From Squalus acanthias (taxonomy: Eukaryota): DNA of 64,000 nucleotides. Under the pieces are notes generated by a model. That model worked only from the letters and a program-made list of their open reading frames with translations. It was not told the origin of the DNA and made no database searches. Shown here one piece after another: positions 1-12,095 of the stretch. The translations under genes and the position numbers were made by a program. Position 1 is the first letter of the stretch, and every line of letters starts with the position of its first letter. Location of the stretch: positions 119,662,001 through 119,726,000 of the forward strand of contig CM059431.1 in the NCBI GenBank assembly GCA_030390025.1. Reading direction: 5' to 3'.

Positions 1-87
1 CCAACCTTACCTGCTCCCAGCGCAGAATCAGTGCAGGTCCAAGAGCCACCAACGATGATGCAATCAAGAAAGCGCAAGAGACGTTAG
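1..87 (+). CDS. Probable last coding segment of the family A Myb/SANT partner gene (PTLPAPSAESVQVQEPPTMMQSRKRKRR*)
   Basis: Open frame ending in a basic NLS-like RKRKRR then TAG. In copy 2 the same segment lies downstream of the Myb/SANT exon and converges on the transposase. Confidence 0.5.
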   Translation, partial: PTLPAPSAESVQVQEPPTMMQSRKRKRR

Positions 88-592
88 GGTGTTGCATGTT
101 CCACAATGCACATCCATTGACCCTCAGGAATAGTTTATTTGTGGTTAAATTTTTCAAGTGTTTAATTTTTAGTTTTATTTAAAACTTACATGTTTACATT
201 TTTCTTTATTTATATATATATTTGACACTGAAACTGAAAGTTAGCTTTTCATTGAAAAAGTACAGCCTTTAGTCACTTTATAAAAATTCAAATTGTTTAT
301 TTTCACAAAAAAATTGAACATTTAAACTTGTTTACATTTAGGAAAGAGTTATTTCCCATCTTGAATGTCTTTACTGCATTAACGAAGCAAAAAAGTTACT
401 GAGAACTGTAAACAAATTTTTAAAAAACCTATTTCTGTTTACGATTGTTTACAAAGTTGAAAAGTAGCTAGTTAACATTGAAAAGTTATAAACTATGTAA
501 AGCAACAATGAACCTCAGAAGTCTGTAATGCTGCAATAAAAGAGCACTGTTTCACTTTAAATTGTGTCTGTACCTTTATTTGCCTTGCTGGT

Positions 593-798
593 GGAGAGGG
601 AGGGGGAGGGGGAGAGGGAGAGGGAGGGGGAGAGGGAGGGGGAGAGGGAGAGGGAGGGGGAGGGGGAGAGGGAGAGGGAGGGGGAGAGGGGAGGGGGAGA
701 GGGAGGGGGAGGGGGGGGAGAGGGAGGGGGAGGGGGAGAGGGAGGGGGAGGGGGAGGGGGAGGGGGAGAGGGAGAGGGAGGGGGAGGGGGAGGGGGAG
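593..798. repeat. Purine-only (GAGGGG/GAGAGG)n microsatellite
   Basis: Seen directly. It explains the low-complexity ORFs at 493-869. Confidence 0.95.
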
Positions 799-817
799 CG
801 GGAGGTACAAGGCGACA

Positions 818-1969
818 CTACCTCGTGAAGGTGTTGGCTACCAGCTGCTCCCGAGCTGCCTTACTTTGAGCAGCAGTTGGCTCTTCCCCATCATGCCTTC
901 CCACAGGCACATTGGCATTGTCCACGTCCTCCATTTCTGCAGGTAGTTCATCTGCAGCATTAAGGGTCAGTCCTTCCTGCAGGGCAAAGTTATGCAAAGC
1001 ACAACAGGCCACCACAATCTTTGCCACTTTCTGAGGAGAATACTGCAAGGTCCCCCCTGACCTGTCCAGGCACCGGAAGCGTGATTTCAGAACTCCAATT
1101 GTCCTCTCCACCACTTGCCGTGTGGACACGTGTGCCTGGTTGTATCTCTCCTGAGCCTCATTATTGGTCTTGCGGTAGGGATACATCAGCCATGGTCTTA
1201 GCGGGTAGCCCTTGTCGCCCAATATCCATGCGGATCCTGGAGGCAATGCGTTGAGGACGCCATATAAGTCAGAGTTACGGAGGACGAAGGAGTCATGATT
1301 ACTTCCACGGTTACCTGCATTCACATTTAAGATCCTGAGATGCGCATCACAGACAATCTGGACATTCAGTGAATGAAACCCCTTCCTGTTGATAAATGTC
1401 ACAGGTGCAACCCCTGGTGCCTTCAATGCTACATGGGTTCCATCGACAGCCCCAATCACTTTGGGGAATCCAGCAATGTTATGAAATGCAAGCGCCATCT
1501 CCTTTTGATGGCGAGCAGACAAGTCATACTTAATGAACTCAGAAGCCCTACGGAAAATGGCTTCTGTGACCTGGTGAATGCAGGCCCTCGCAGCATTCTT
1601 GGATATGTTGCAAATGTCACCGGTGCTTGCCTGAAAAGTCCCACTTGCAAAGAAGTTCAGTGCTGTGGTTACCTTCATGCTCAGTGACAATGCATTGCGG
1701 TTCTTCGTGCGTGTTTGAAGGTCCTCCTTTAACATCTCACAGATTCGGCCAATTGACTCTTTACTGAAGCGCAGCCTCCTCACACACAGCTCCTCCGACA
1801 GCATCTCAAATGACAGCCTCTGCCTGTACACTCTATTTGGTGGGGAGTAGTTTCTCCTTCTCTGGAGGAGACAGGCTTGGATCCTCCGTCTGATTAGTTG
1901 TCTGTATTCGAAAATTCTCAGATACGCAATCCCACAGAGGAGGAACAGGAATCGATTGCAAAAGGGCAT
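818..1969 (-). CDS. Harbinger (HARBI1-like, DDE_Tnp_4) transposase, 383 aa, apparently intact
   Basis: Motifs LRFSKE, ALNFFASG, GFPKVIGAVDGTH, NRKGFHSLNVQ, HDSFVL, LGDKGY, YNQAH, VVERTIGVLKSRFRCL and ACCALHNF. The D-D-E triad is present. Confidence 0.95.
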   Translation of the reverse strand: MPFCNRFLFLLCGIAYLRIFEYRQLIRRRIQACLLQRRRNYSPPNRVYRQRLSFEMLSEELCVRRLRFSKESIGRICEMLKEDLQTRTKNRNALSLSMKVTTALNFFASGTFQASTGDICNISKNAARACIHQVTEAIFRRASEFIKYDLSARHQKEMALAFHNIAGFPKVIGAVDGTHVALKAPGVAPVTFINRKGFHSLNVQIVCDAHLRILNVNAGNRGSNHDSFVLRNSDLYGVLNALPPGSAWILGDKGYPLRPWLMYPYRKTNNEAQERYNQAHVSTRQVVERTIGVLKSRFRCLDRSGGTLQYSPQKVAKIVVACCALHNFALQEGLTLNAADELPAEMEDVDNANVPVGRHDGEEPTAAQSKAAREQLVANTFTR

Positions 1970-2732
1970 CTTTCTCTCACACAGGCTTCCTCCTCAAACT
2001 GAAAGTTGTAATGAAAAAATGGAAATAGTTGTTAAAGTAACTTTAGTTAAGTGAGTGGCTATAAAATCAGGTCAGGCTATGGTGGGATACGTGCGCTATC
2101 AGCTTGGGAACACATCTACCTGCCACACGGCCCTAGCTGATTTTCCAAAACTGTAACATTTTCATAAATTCATACATACATACATACATACTTACTTACT
2201 TACTCATTTTCATCTTTAAAACATTTTGAAACGTAAACAGTTCATTTTTAAACTTTCATTTTCACAGATAGATACCTAAATATGCCTTGTACACACCCAC
2301 AGTTGCTATACTACTCCAAATGGTCAAAACCCATTTTTAAATTTTTTTTTAAAACTCTTAACTTATATAAGACTTCATTTAAAACTTTTGTGTCTTTCAG
2401 ATTTAAAAAACTCACCTCAGTAGCCACACTCCAAAAGGATTTCTTCCTCCTACTATCTCGGTAAATGTATAAATGGCTGCTGCTCCTGGTTTTAAAATGT
2501 GTAACTGCTAGGAGCTTACACACACTACTCTCATTCACAAAATACATGAATTTTCCGACGCACGCGCAGAATCACCAGCCCACGCGATTACTCGCATATC
2601 CATGAAACTGACCAGACATGAAGTGCCGGTTTTCAGCGCATGCGCAGTGCATGCAGAAAACCGGCAATTGCAGAGGGAATACGCGAGTGTACGCAGTGCG
2701 TACTCTCGCGCACCAGGATGAATTTTTGGGCC

Positions 2733-3050
2733 TAAATATTTTAAACAAAATGTTAATTTTTTGAAAAAAATAATTCAAGTTTTTTGCGGGACTAAAAATA
2801 AACTTACCTTTTTTAGAAGTAATTTTAAATTATAAATGAGTGAACTTTTTTTTTTAACTTTTTTCAACTCTTTACTGGTAAAAGCAAGCCTTATGCTTGC
2901 TTTTACCAGGCATAAGATTTCTAAGGGTTTTCTGCGGGCGGAGGTTCTCCAGAAAGCGGAACTATCCACCCACAGAGGCCCTTCTCTAGGGCAGGCGTCC
3001 GATCTGTCAAGAGCATTCTTGACACCCGTAGGCATCGGAATATACGGCCC
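2733..3050. mobile_element. End of a Harbinger-type MITE into which family A copy 1 appears to be inserted
   Basis: 2740-2810 resembles the reverse complement of 58710-58780. Ends in the TIR-like GAATATACGGCCC followed by ATT. Confidence 0.45.
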
Positions 3051-3664
3051 ATTATTGATGAAATCAGCAGGTTCTAATGTGATTCCGAAAGCTGACAATC
3101 ATAATGGAAGTTAGTTGTGTGCGCTTCTGCAGTGGAGGCTATCAAACCCCGCCTTCAAAACTAGGTAGGAAATAAAAAAGTTATCAAAAATATCAGCGTT
3201 TGTAGGTATTTTTTACCTCTTGAAACAAACTGCAATCTAATCATAAACAATAACCTTTTAAACTGCAGAAACATCTCTTTCATGGTTTATCTTAATTTTA
3301 AAGTTATTTTCAGAGCTCTCCTAACGGCTAAGTTGGATGAAGGCTCCATCTGGGGGAACTAGGTAGTGCAACGAGTTGGCGGCTGACATTTCGGCTCTCA
3401 GACCAGGGTTTCAAATTTCGACACAATTTGATAGAATTGAGCAATAGGCTCTGTTGTAAGAGTCCGATGTGAAATAAGTTTTGGAAATTTGAATCTCAAT
3501 CCAATTTCTAGTAAGCATGGACCTGCCCCTAATTTGGCATGAGTCGTCTCTCTCACTCAGAGAAGTAACAGGGTGTTGGTTTGGGAAATGGAAAAATACT
3601 ACACTGTGCAGTCGGCGTGCTCTTCTGTGGTTGGAGCAGGGTATTACAATGTATTTACAGCTCA

Positions 3665-3752
3665 GAAATAGGCCATTCAGTCCAACAGGTCCATGCTGGT
3701 ATTTATGTTCCACACGAGCCTCCTCCCACCCTTCTTCATCTAACCCTATCAA
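3665..3752 (-). mobile_element. CR1-type LINE 3' tail fragment
   Basis: Begins AGGCCATTCAG like the other CR1 3' ends in the window. Confidence 0.45.
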
Positions 3753-4243
3753 CGTATCGTTCCAAGTAGATGGAGCCTTACTCTAAATCCTGCTCTGTTT
3801 TATCCATATCTGACATCGGAGTGCTTGAAATGGAAGATGCTTTATTCTCTTCATCTTCACCAGCACTAACATCCTTTATCTTGAATGGCAACAAAATAAA
3901 ATGAGAAAGACACCATGTAGTTGTGTCAGACTAAAACAAACCAGGTGGTCTCAGGGTCAATCTCCACTCTTCCTGTCTACTGTTGATCTTATCCAGGATA
4001 GTAGTAGGGTATGGCTGCTGAGGTAGGGAGGGAAAAATCAGTCAGGGTTCCTGTGTGCATGCCAGGTAAAGATAGGATATCATCAGTCTAAGATCAGATG
4101 GTAGCCATTAATAAATTGAATGGCAGCCTATCTCACCACCTTGCCCATCCTGACCTATTGACTATACAGAATTTCACTTTACAAAGTTAACTGCTCTAAC
4201 ATCACCATCATTATGGACATCTGATTTTAGGACTTAACACAAT

Positions 4244-5016
4244 GGCCCAAAAATTGCTGTCAAAAAAACGGTGAGGCTAATAGCACATGCCGTTATTTAA
4301 GTGCAAATGCCATAGCAACTTCAGGCAAGGGCAGATGCACAACTAAATGTGGAAATCGAGAAGTTGCTGTTGGGGATGCGTCGTTCCCCCGTTAGCTTCA
4401 TGAACTCAGCATCTCACTGGCTCCCCATTCAAATATATTGAGCAGCATGAAATAGCTGCACTCGCACTGTGGACACAAAGTAAACACACCGCAGAAAGTT
4501 AAATCAAATTATTTCAAGTCTAAGTACCCTTTTAACCATGTGATAAATGTTAATTACTACCAGTCAGCATCTCTAGCATTGAAAATTAACTTTTATAAGT
4601 GAGGAGTCTCTTTCCTTCAGGTTTTAATTGTTGTTGGAGAATTAAAATAATATATATTTTTTTTACTTTTTCTTTTTGTCACTTTTTTCTCTCTCTCTTA
4701 ATCCAAACTTTCTTTCCCTCTTTTTATTTATCTTTCTGTACCTGATCTGACATTGAATTCACCACTCTAACTTACAGTTCCTTGTTCAGACCTTGCGCTG
4801 TTCATGTCACAATCCTTCAATCTGATTGGCTAAGGAGACACACAGTGGCTTACGCTGCTCGCTCAGATCCCAGATGTCCAGTAGAGGGCAGCGCGCCATT
4901 TCCATCTCGCACTTCCAGCAACTTGCAGGGAAAATATCACGGAGATTAAACGGGCAAGGGCAAGTCTAACTAACGGCAGGCGCCGCTCGTTGACTCGTTA
5001 CAAGAATTTTTGGGCC
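4244..5016. mobile_element. Non-autonomous Harbinger MITE (773 bp)
   Basis: Perfect 12-bp TIR GGCCCAAAAATT/AATTTTTGGGCC, identical to the family A right end. AAT TSD on both sides. Confidence 0.85.
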
Positions 5017-6209
5017 AATAACTGTATTCCAAAAGATGAATTTGAAAATCTGAGTTAAATCCGATGAACGCATTGAGCACACCTTTTTTTGACCAGCTGC
5101 AATTTAACAACTAAACCAAAAATGTTTTGCTTATTCTATTAGTAACCCACAATCATAATTGTTTGCAATGATTTTACTAATATTTTTAACCCAAATTAAT
5201 TTAAAACAAACCCACAATCAGATGACTTAACCCTCACTCACTAAATTTTGAAAGACAAGAATTTCTGTCTTCCAAGCCAAAAAAATCTCAGTAACAAAGA
5301 AGGTTTAATAAAACCGCAGTAGTGCCCTCTGGTGCTCAGGTCTCCCCAGACATCAGTTTGTTTGCCAGGCGAAGCCTCAGGCAACACAGATATTGCAGTA
5401 TGGTTATTAACTAAAACCACAAGCACTATAACTCAAAGCTGCTTTGTTATATGATTTACACATCTGGTAGTTTCTGCATATTGATACGGCACAGTGGAGC
5501 ATTACAGTATTTGAAATTCTGATTTATTTGTTTCCGTCCAATCTGTTTTTTTTGGCAGATAGTTTTCAAACCCCAGGTGTGTGGTTTACCTCCCGCACAC
5601 CACTCTTCATTCTGTCCTGCCAGTTAGTTATCTCTTCTTTCACACATATTTTACAGCTTTTCTGTAAAACTGCAGATTTTACTTTTATTCTTCCAAAGAA
5701 CTGGGACCTTCTTGGTCTGCGTGGCTTCGCAACACACCATAAAAGTCTTTATTCATTCATCCATGGAGGATGCCTATTTTCACTTTTTTGTAATGCCATT
5801 GCTTACTTACTTAATTTTATTTATTTCCTTTAACTTCCAGGGTGCTGATGACAGCATCGTTTATTTTGCCTTCGAGTTGTTAACAAGTTACCTTGCCAAG
5901 CTACCAGCGGGCCAATTATTGCTGTAAAAAACACAACAAAATAATTAACCTGGTTATTTTAATCCTATGACTGGGTCAATTTTCAAATGTCCTGACAAAT
6001 TGATTAGCTGAAAAAATAGCTATTAGAGTTAGTTATCAGGCAATAAAAAGACCAAATTTTACTGATGTGGATCCAAGTTTAGGAATAGTAAATAGATAAA
6101 GTAAGTAAGTGAGAAGTCTATCTATTTTATTAAAAATGTTGAGTTTGCATATTCTTCAGTTAGTTTGAATAGTCTATCAGTGCATTTTTTAATGATTTGA
6201 TTTGTCTAT

Positions 6210-6352
6210 CATAGGAACATCAGCAGGCCATTCAGCCCCTCCAGCCTGTTCTGCCATTCAGTTAGATCATGGCTGATCTGTATCTTAACTGCAGTTACCC
6301 ACCCTGGCTCCGTAACCTTTAATACCCTTGGCTAACAAAAATCTATCAATCT
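6210..6352 (-). mobile_element. CR1 LINE 3' end fragment
   Basis: AGGCCATTCAGCCC...AGATCATGGCTGATCT...AAAAATCTATCAAT matches the CR1 3' end at 7530-7690. Confidence 0.7.
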
Positions 6353-6767
6353 ATCACAATCACAAGACTCATGCCTGCATTATTTTCAGTACTATGTGAT
6401 TGCTTTTTGAGAATGAAACAATGAAAGAATACTATGACAAAGAGCTGAGCCCCTGTTAAGCTTTAGATCTGTGACTGGTCTGTGAAACACATATAACCCA
6501 TTCTCCCAATTACCTGTCTACAACATTTAGAAGTACACCAACAGGTCAGTAGCCTTTAATATCTATGGACCTGTTTTTCAAAAGCTTTTCCTAGATTCCT
6601 GAGTGAGTTTTAACTATTGAAATTTAAAACAGAAACAGCACTCTAGTGAATTTTAGTTACTTATTTCTCCGGTGGAATGAATATTTATTTGTGACTTTGC
6701 CATTGCAGGCATAAACTGTTTTATTCAAATTTAATTTTACTTTGTCTGTCTATATCTATATGTATGC

Positions 6768-6768
<1 letters not shown>

Positions 6769-6830
<62 letters not shown>
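6769..6830. repeat. (TCTA)n microsatellite
   Basis: Seen directly. Confidence 0.95.
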
Positions 6831-6833
<3 letters not shown>

Positions 6834-7529
6834 GTTTCATGATCAGAGCTATTGACTGTCTTTTAACTGTTCAGATTTTAAGCACTCCAATGAATTATTT
6901 AGTTTTTTTAATGTAGGCAGAATCCCGTATTTATTTATTTGTGACATTTCCACGATGTACATATTTTGTTGGTGAGTCAGTTTTAAAGTGTAGTGAACTA
7001 GTTAGTTGATTTTCAATTAGTCAGATCACACGAATCAGCTTTTTCAACAAAACACCCCTGCAACAGTAACATAAGGAGCTAATTTGAGTAGTTTGAACTG
7101 TTGACATGTTAGACACTCCAGCTATTTTAGGAGGCATCAACCATTAAATGATGGTTGTTGTCATTTGATTTTTTTTTTGTAAAGGACAACTGACATGTCT
7201 TCTTTAGTTCTTTTACATTGATGAATCATCATCGGGCCAAGACATCCTGAAATCATGGTAGCTGCCATGTCACAAGTTGTTCTTATAGGTCATTCCAGCA
7301 TAAAGGAGGATAACTATTCAATAGGTAATGAGGGAACTCTGAAATTTGGGATGACATCTGCTAGAAGGCATTACTCAGAGGCCAGTCATGATAACTTGCT
7401 TATATATTCAGAGTTCAGTCGACCATGATTGGGTGGTAGAGAGGCTGAGGCTCTGCACCTTCAACTGATGGGACCAGTGGTGTATAATGTGTTATCAAGA
7501 GGATTATGGGAATGTGTTTATATTTTAAT

Positions 7530-10500
7530 CATAAGAACATAAGAAATAGGAGCAGGAGTAGGCCATTTGGCCCTTCAAGCCTGCTCCACCATTCAATAAG
7601 ATCATGGCTGATCTTCTACCTCATCTCCACTTTCCTGCACTATCCCCATATCCCTTGATTCCCTTAATATCCAAAAATCTATTGCTCTCTGTCTTGAATA
7701 TACTCAATGACTGAGCCTCCTCAGGTCTCTGAGGTAGAGAATTCCAAAGATTCACCACCCTCTGAGTGGAGAAATTTCTCCTCATCTCAGTCCTAAATGG
7801 CCGACCCCTTATTCTGAGACTGTGACCCCTGGTTCTAGACTCCCCAGCCAGGGGAAACATCCTCCCTGCATCTACCCTGTCAAGCCCTGTAAGAATTTTG
7901 TATGTTTCAATGAGATCACCTCTCATTCTTCTAAACTCCGGAGAATATAGGCCTAGTCTACTCAATCTCTCCGCATAGGACAATCCCCCATCCCAGGAAC
8001 CAGTCTGGTGAACCTTCGTTGCACTCCCTCTATGGCAAGTATATCCTTCCTTCGGTAACGAGACCAAAACTGTACACAAATACCCAGTGCCAGAGACATT
8101 GCTGGGCAGTAATTAACAATTACCCAAAACTTTAATTCATTCTTTCCCACAAGCTCAAAACTGCTCTACGTTTTTACTGTGTCTTACAAACCAAAACTTG
8201 ACATAACTTAATCCCTAATTCCTGATTTACCTTCTCTTCTCTTTTATTTTTTTAAACCTCTCTTCACGTCTGCACTATAGAATTACATTGGAATGACCAA
8301 CTGCAAATGTTTTAAACTTTCTCAAATTCTTTACTTGATGTCAGCTCCATGCATTATAGTTTGTATTTGAGCTGATAACATCACAGCGAGGGAAACAGGG
8401 CATCTGTGACCCTCTGTGGCAAGTATATCCTTCCTTAGGTAAGGAGACCAAAACTGTACACAATACTCCAGGTGTGGTCTCACCAGGGCCCTATATAATT
8501 GCAGTAAGACGTCTTTACTCTTATACTCAAATCCTCTTGTAATAAAGGCCAACATACCATTTGCTTTCCTAATTGATTGCTGTACCTGCATGTTAACTTT
8601 CAGTGATTTGTGTACAAGGGCACCCAGGTCCCTCTGAACATCAACATTTCCCAATCTCTCACCATTTAAAAAATAATCTGCTTTTCTATTTTTCCTACCA
8701 AAGTGGATAACTTCACATTTCTCCACATTATATTCCATTTGCCATGTTCTTGCCCACTCATTTAGCCTGTCTATATCCCCTTGAAGCCTCCTTGCATCCT
8801 ATTCACAACTTACATTCCCACCCAGCTTTGTAAGATCTGCAAATTTGGATATATTACATTTGCTCCCCTCATCCAAATCATTGATATAGATTGTGAATAA
8901 TTGAGGCCCAAGCACTGATCTTTGCAGTACCCCATTAGTTACAGCCTGCCAACCCGAAAATGACCCGTTTATTCCTATTCTCTGTTTTCTGTCCGATAAC
9001 CAATCCTCAATCCATGCTAATATATTACCCCCAATCCCATGAGCCCTAATTATGTTTAATGACCTCTTGTGTGGCACCTTATCGAATGCCTTCTGAAAAT
9101 CCAAATACACCACATACACTGGTTCCCCCTTATCTATTATGCTATTTACAACCTCAAAAAACTCTAAAAGATTTGTCAAACATGATTTCCCTTTCATAAA
9201 TCAGTGCTGACTCTGTCCAATCCTATTATTATTTTCTAAGTGCCCTGTTTCCATGTCCTTAACAATAGATTCTAGCATTTTCCCTACTACTGATGTCAGG
9301 CTAACTGGTCTGTAGTTCCCCGTTTTTTCTCTCTCTCCTTTCTTAAATAGTGGGGTTACATTTGCTACCTTCCAATTCGTGGGAACCATTCCAGAATCTA
9401 TGGAATTTTGGAAAATGACAATGCATCCACTATCTCTATAGCCACCTCTTTCAAAACGCTAGGATGTATTCCATCAGGTCCAGGGGATTTATTGACTTTC
9501 AGTCCCATTAATCTCTCCAGTACTTTTTTTTTACCAATACTAATTTCTTTTATTTCCTCATTCTCGCTAGAGTCTTGTTTCTCCACTATTTCCAGGAAGA
9601 TTTTTGCATCTTCTTCCATGAAGACAGACACAAAGGCCGCAATATTATCAATGGATGTGGGTTGAGTGTGGGTCAGGTGGTTTCTGGCTTGCAGTCCCAC
9701 CCCAGCTGCATCCGGCCCACAGACATGATTTTACGTTGATTGACCTTGTTAAGCCTGTCCTGCGGGCTTGCCAGCCAATTAAGAGGAAGCCGGTCAGATG
9801 ACGTCATTTGATGACGCATCATCTGCCGTTTTTCTTAAAGGGACCATGTACAATTATTTTTTGACAGTTGATTTTTCGGTGTTTGACAGCATTTGAGGTG
9901 CTGCAAACACTGACAATCACTGCACAAAGGTGACCTCTTGCACCCACGCTCTCCAATGAATCCCTCCGTAGACTGGACTAGATGGCAGCTGCAGGTGAGG
10001 TGACAGAAGCGATCTGTTACTGGTGAGAGAGGTTCTCCCAATGAGGTGGCACTAGACATGGATTTCAAAACTTGTAGTCTAAAGAAATGTGTAAATGTAT
10101 AAAAAATGCATTTCCTAACATTTTCTTACCTCTGAAACTCACCAGTGCAACATTGGATCCTTCACACCACTTCTGCAGCTGTCATCAATCCAGAAACATT
10201 ACAGCAGAGTCACAACACACCACACTTACCTGGCGTGCTGTCCGGATGTCGGGAAACCTGAGGCAGAAGCGGCAAAATTCAAAAATAGCCTGTCAACTAC
10301 TAGCAACTACCTATTAATATGCAGGTGATTGCCTTTAATCCTCTTCCCGCCGCTAGGTGTCGGGTCCATGTGCAAATCGGGGACCCAACACTTGGGAAAA
10401 TTGTTTGGAGGCGGTTTGATGGCGGGATCACAACCTGCCATCAATCAAAACAATTTTACTCTTTGACCCGCCTCCAAACCCGCCCTCTGAGCGCTGGCAA

Positions 10501-11135
10501 AATTGCGGCCAAAGTATTTGTTTAATTTCTCTACCATTTTGTTATTCCCCATTATAATTTCTCCTGTCTCAGCCTGTAAGGGACCCACATTTACTTTTGC
10601 TAATCTTTTCCTTTTTACATATCTATAGAAGCTTATACAATCTGTTTTTATGTCTCTCACTAGCTTACACTCATATTCTATTTTCCCTTTTTTTGTCAAT
10701 TTCTTGGTCCTCCTTTGCTGAATTCTAAAATCCTCCCAATCCTCAGGCTTACTATTCTTTTTGGCAACATTACAAGCCTCTTCCTTTGATCTAATACTAT
10801 CTTTAACTTCTCTTGTTAGCCACGGTTGGACCACATTTCCTGTGGGGTTTGTGTGCAGTAAAGGAATGTATATTTGTTGTAAATTATGTATTAATTCTTT
10901 AAATGCAAGCCATTGCTTGTCTACCGTCATACCGTTTAATGTAGTTTCCCAATCTAACATAGCCAACTTGCCCCTCATACCTACGTAGTTTGCTTTGTTT
11001 AGATTTAAGACCCTAGTTTTGGATTTAACTAAATCACTTTCAAACTCAATATAATATCATGGATACTATTCCCTAAAGGCCCCTTTACTACAAGGTTATT
11101 AATTAACGCTTTCTCATTGCACAATACTAGATCTA
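7530..11135 (-). mobile_element. CR1 LINE, 5'-truncated and frameshifted ORF2, interrupted by a MITE at 9635-10510 and by unrelated sequence at ~8085-8410
   Basis: ORF fragments show the CR1 RT motifs KSPGPDGIHP, NYRPVSLTSVVGK, YLDFQKAFDKVPH, RPHLEYCVQFWSP and FSTQRVVNLWNSLP. The 3' tail (TTCTTATG)n is at 7530. Confidence 0.9.
9635..10510. mobile_element. Non-autonomous Harbinger-type element (876 bp) inserted in CR1
   Basis: TIR GGCCGCAAT/ATTGCGGCC and AAA TSD. Removing it restores the CR1 sequence GACACAAAGTATTTG. Its interior resembles 13700-14132 and 24000-24390. Confidence 0.8.
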
Positions 11136-11656
11136 ATCAGTTGTTCTTCTTGCCCTGCTGCTCTTGAGAAGTTTGTCGTATCTGCTGTCCACTTAACAGG
11201 GGCTCAAATTTGTACTTGTCGGTTGCCTGATTACCAACAAGTCATTATCCTGAAGGGAAGTCAAAGGGGTTTCTTTGGAGTCACGTTGGCTCAAAGATGA
11301 CATGCTTGCAGATGAATTATTGGAAATCTCCCTCCCTGAGCCAAGTGTGTCCGCAATACTCCAGTGCGTTGTTTATGATTGAAAAGCCAGCTTTGCTCAT
11401 TAATAGTATCTGGAAATGTAGACTTGTTACGGGTGCCTGAGTTCTTCACACTTGGCTCCAGATAACCCTGGAAGCTATTGGAATGTGCTATGGTCACTTA
11501 AGATGGACTCGCCAATTTGAACAAGACAAGCAGAGAAACACTTTTCAAAAAAATGACTGGGACAATAGAAATTTAAACATGTCTCTTAAACTTACAAAAG
11601 AGTTACCAATCAAACGTGTATACAAATATAATCTACAAGAGGCTGGTATTTGAATT

Positions 11657-12035
11657 GTGCACCATGGCTGCAGTGTATACCATCTACAACATGCTATGCA
11701 GCAACTCGCCAAGGCTTCTTCGGCAGCACCTCCCAAACTCGCGACCTCTACCACCTAGAAAGACAAGGGCAGCAGGCGCATGTGAACAACATCACCTCCA
11801 AGTTCCCCTTCAAGTCACACACCATCCCGACTTGAAAATATATCGACGTTCCTTCATCGTCGCTGGGTCAAAATCCTGGAACTACCTCCCTATCAGCACT
11901 ATGGGAGTACCTTCACCACACGGACTGCAGCGGTTCAAGAAGGTGGCTCACCACCACTTTCTCAGGGGAAATTAGGGATGGGCAATAAATGCTGGCCTTG
12001 CCAGTGACACGCACATCCCAGGAACAAATAAAAAA
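11657..12035 (+). mobile_element. 3' end of a non-LTR retrotransposon (clade not determined)
   Basis: Further copies at 42283-42785 and 60736-60875 share the same 3' end and A-rich tail, with variable 5' truncation. Confidence 0.65.
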
Positions 12036-12095
12036 TAATTCAATGGCTTGTTCCCTCACTTAGGCAATTGGCCAGAAACAACATCTGTATTCTAT

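Larger units (their letters stand above)
1..2732 (-). mobile_element. PIF/Harbinger DNA transposon, family A copy 1 (left part lies outside the window)
   Basis: Carries a Harbinger transposase ORF and ends in ...GAATTTTTGGGCC at 2732. Position 1 aligns to 44353 of the second copy (43312-46546), with near identity outside the deletion and the microsatellite. Confidence 0.9.

Noticed and set aside
493..869. Pro/Leu-, Gly/Arg- and Glu/Gly-repeat ORFs (also at 44845-45350)
   Set aside because: They are translations of a microsatellite, open in several frames.
818..1969. Domesticated host HARBI1 gene
   Set aside because: The ORF lies inside a TIR-bounded element with a second copy and a Myb partner, so it is a transposon gene. 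The same applies to 31978-33066.
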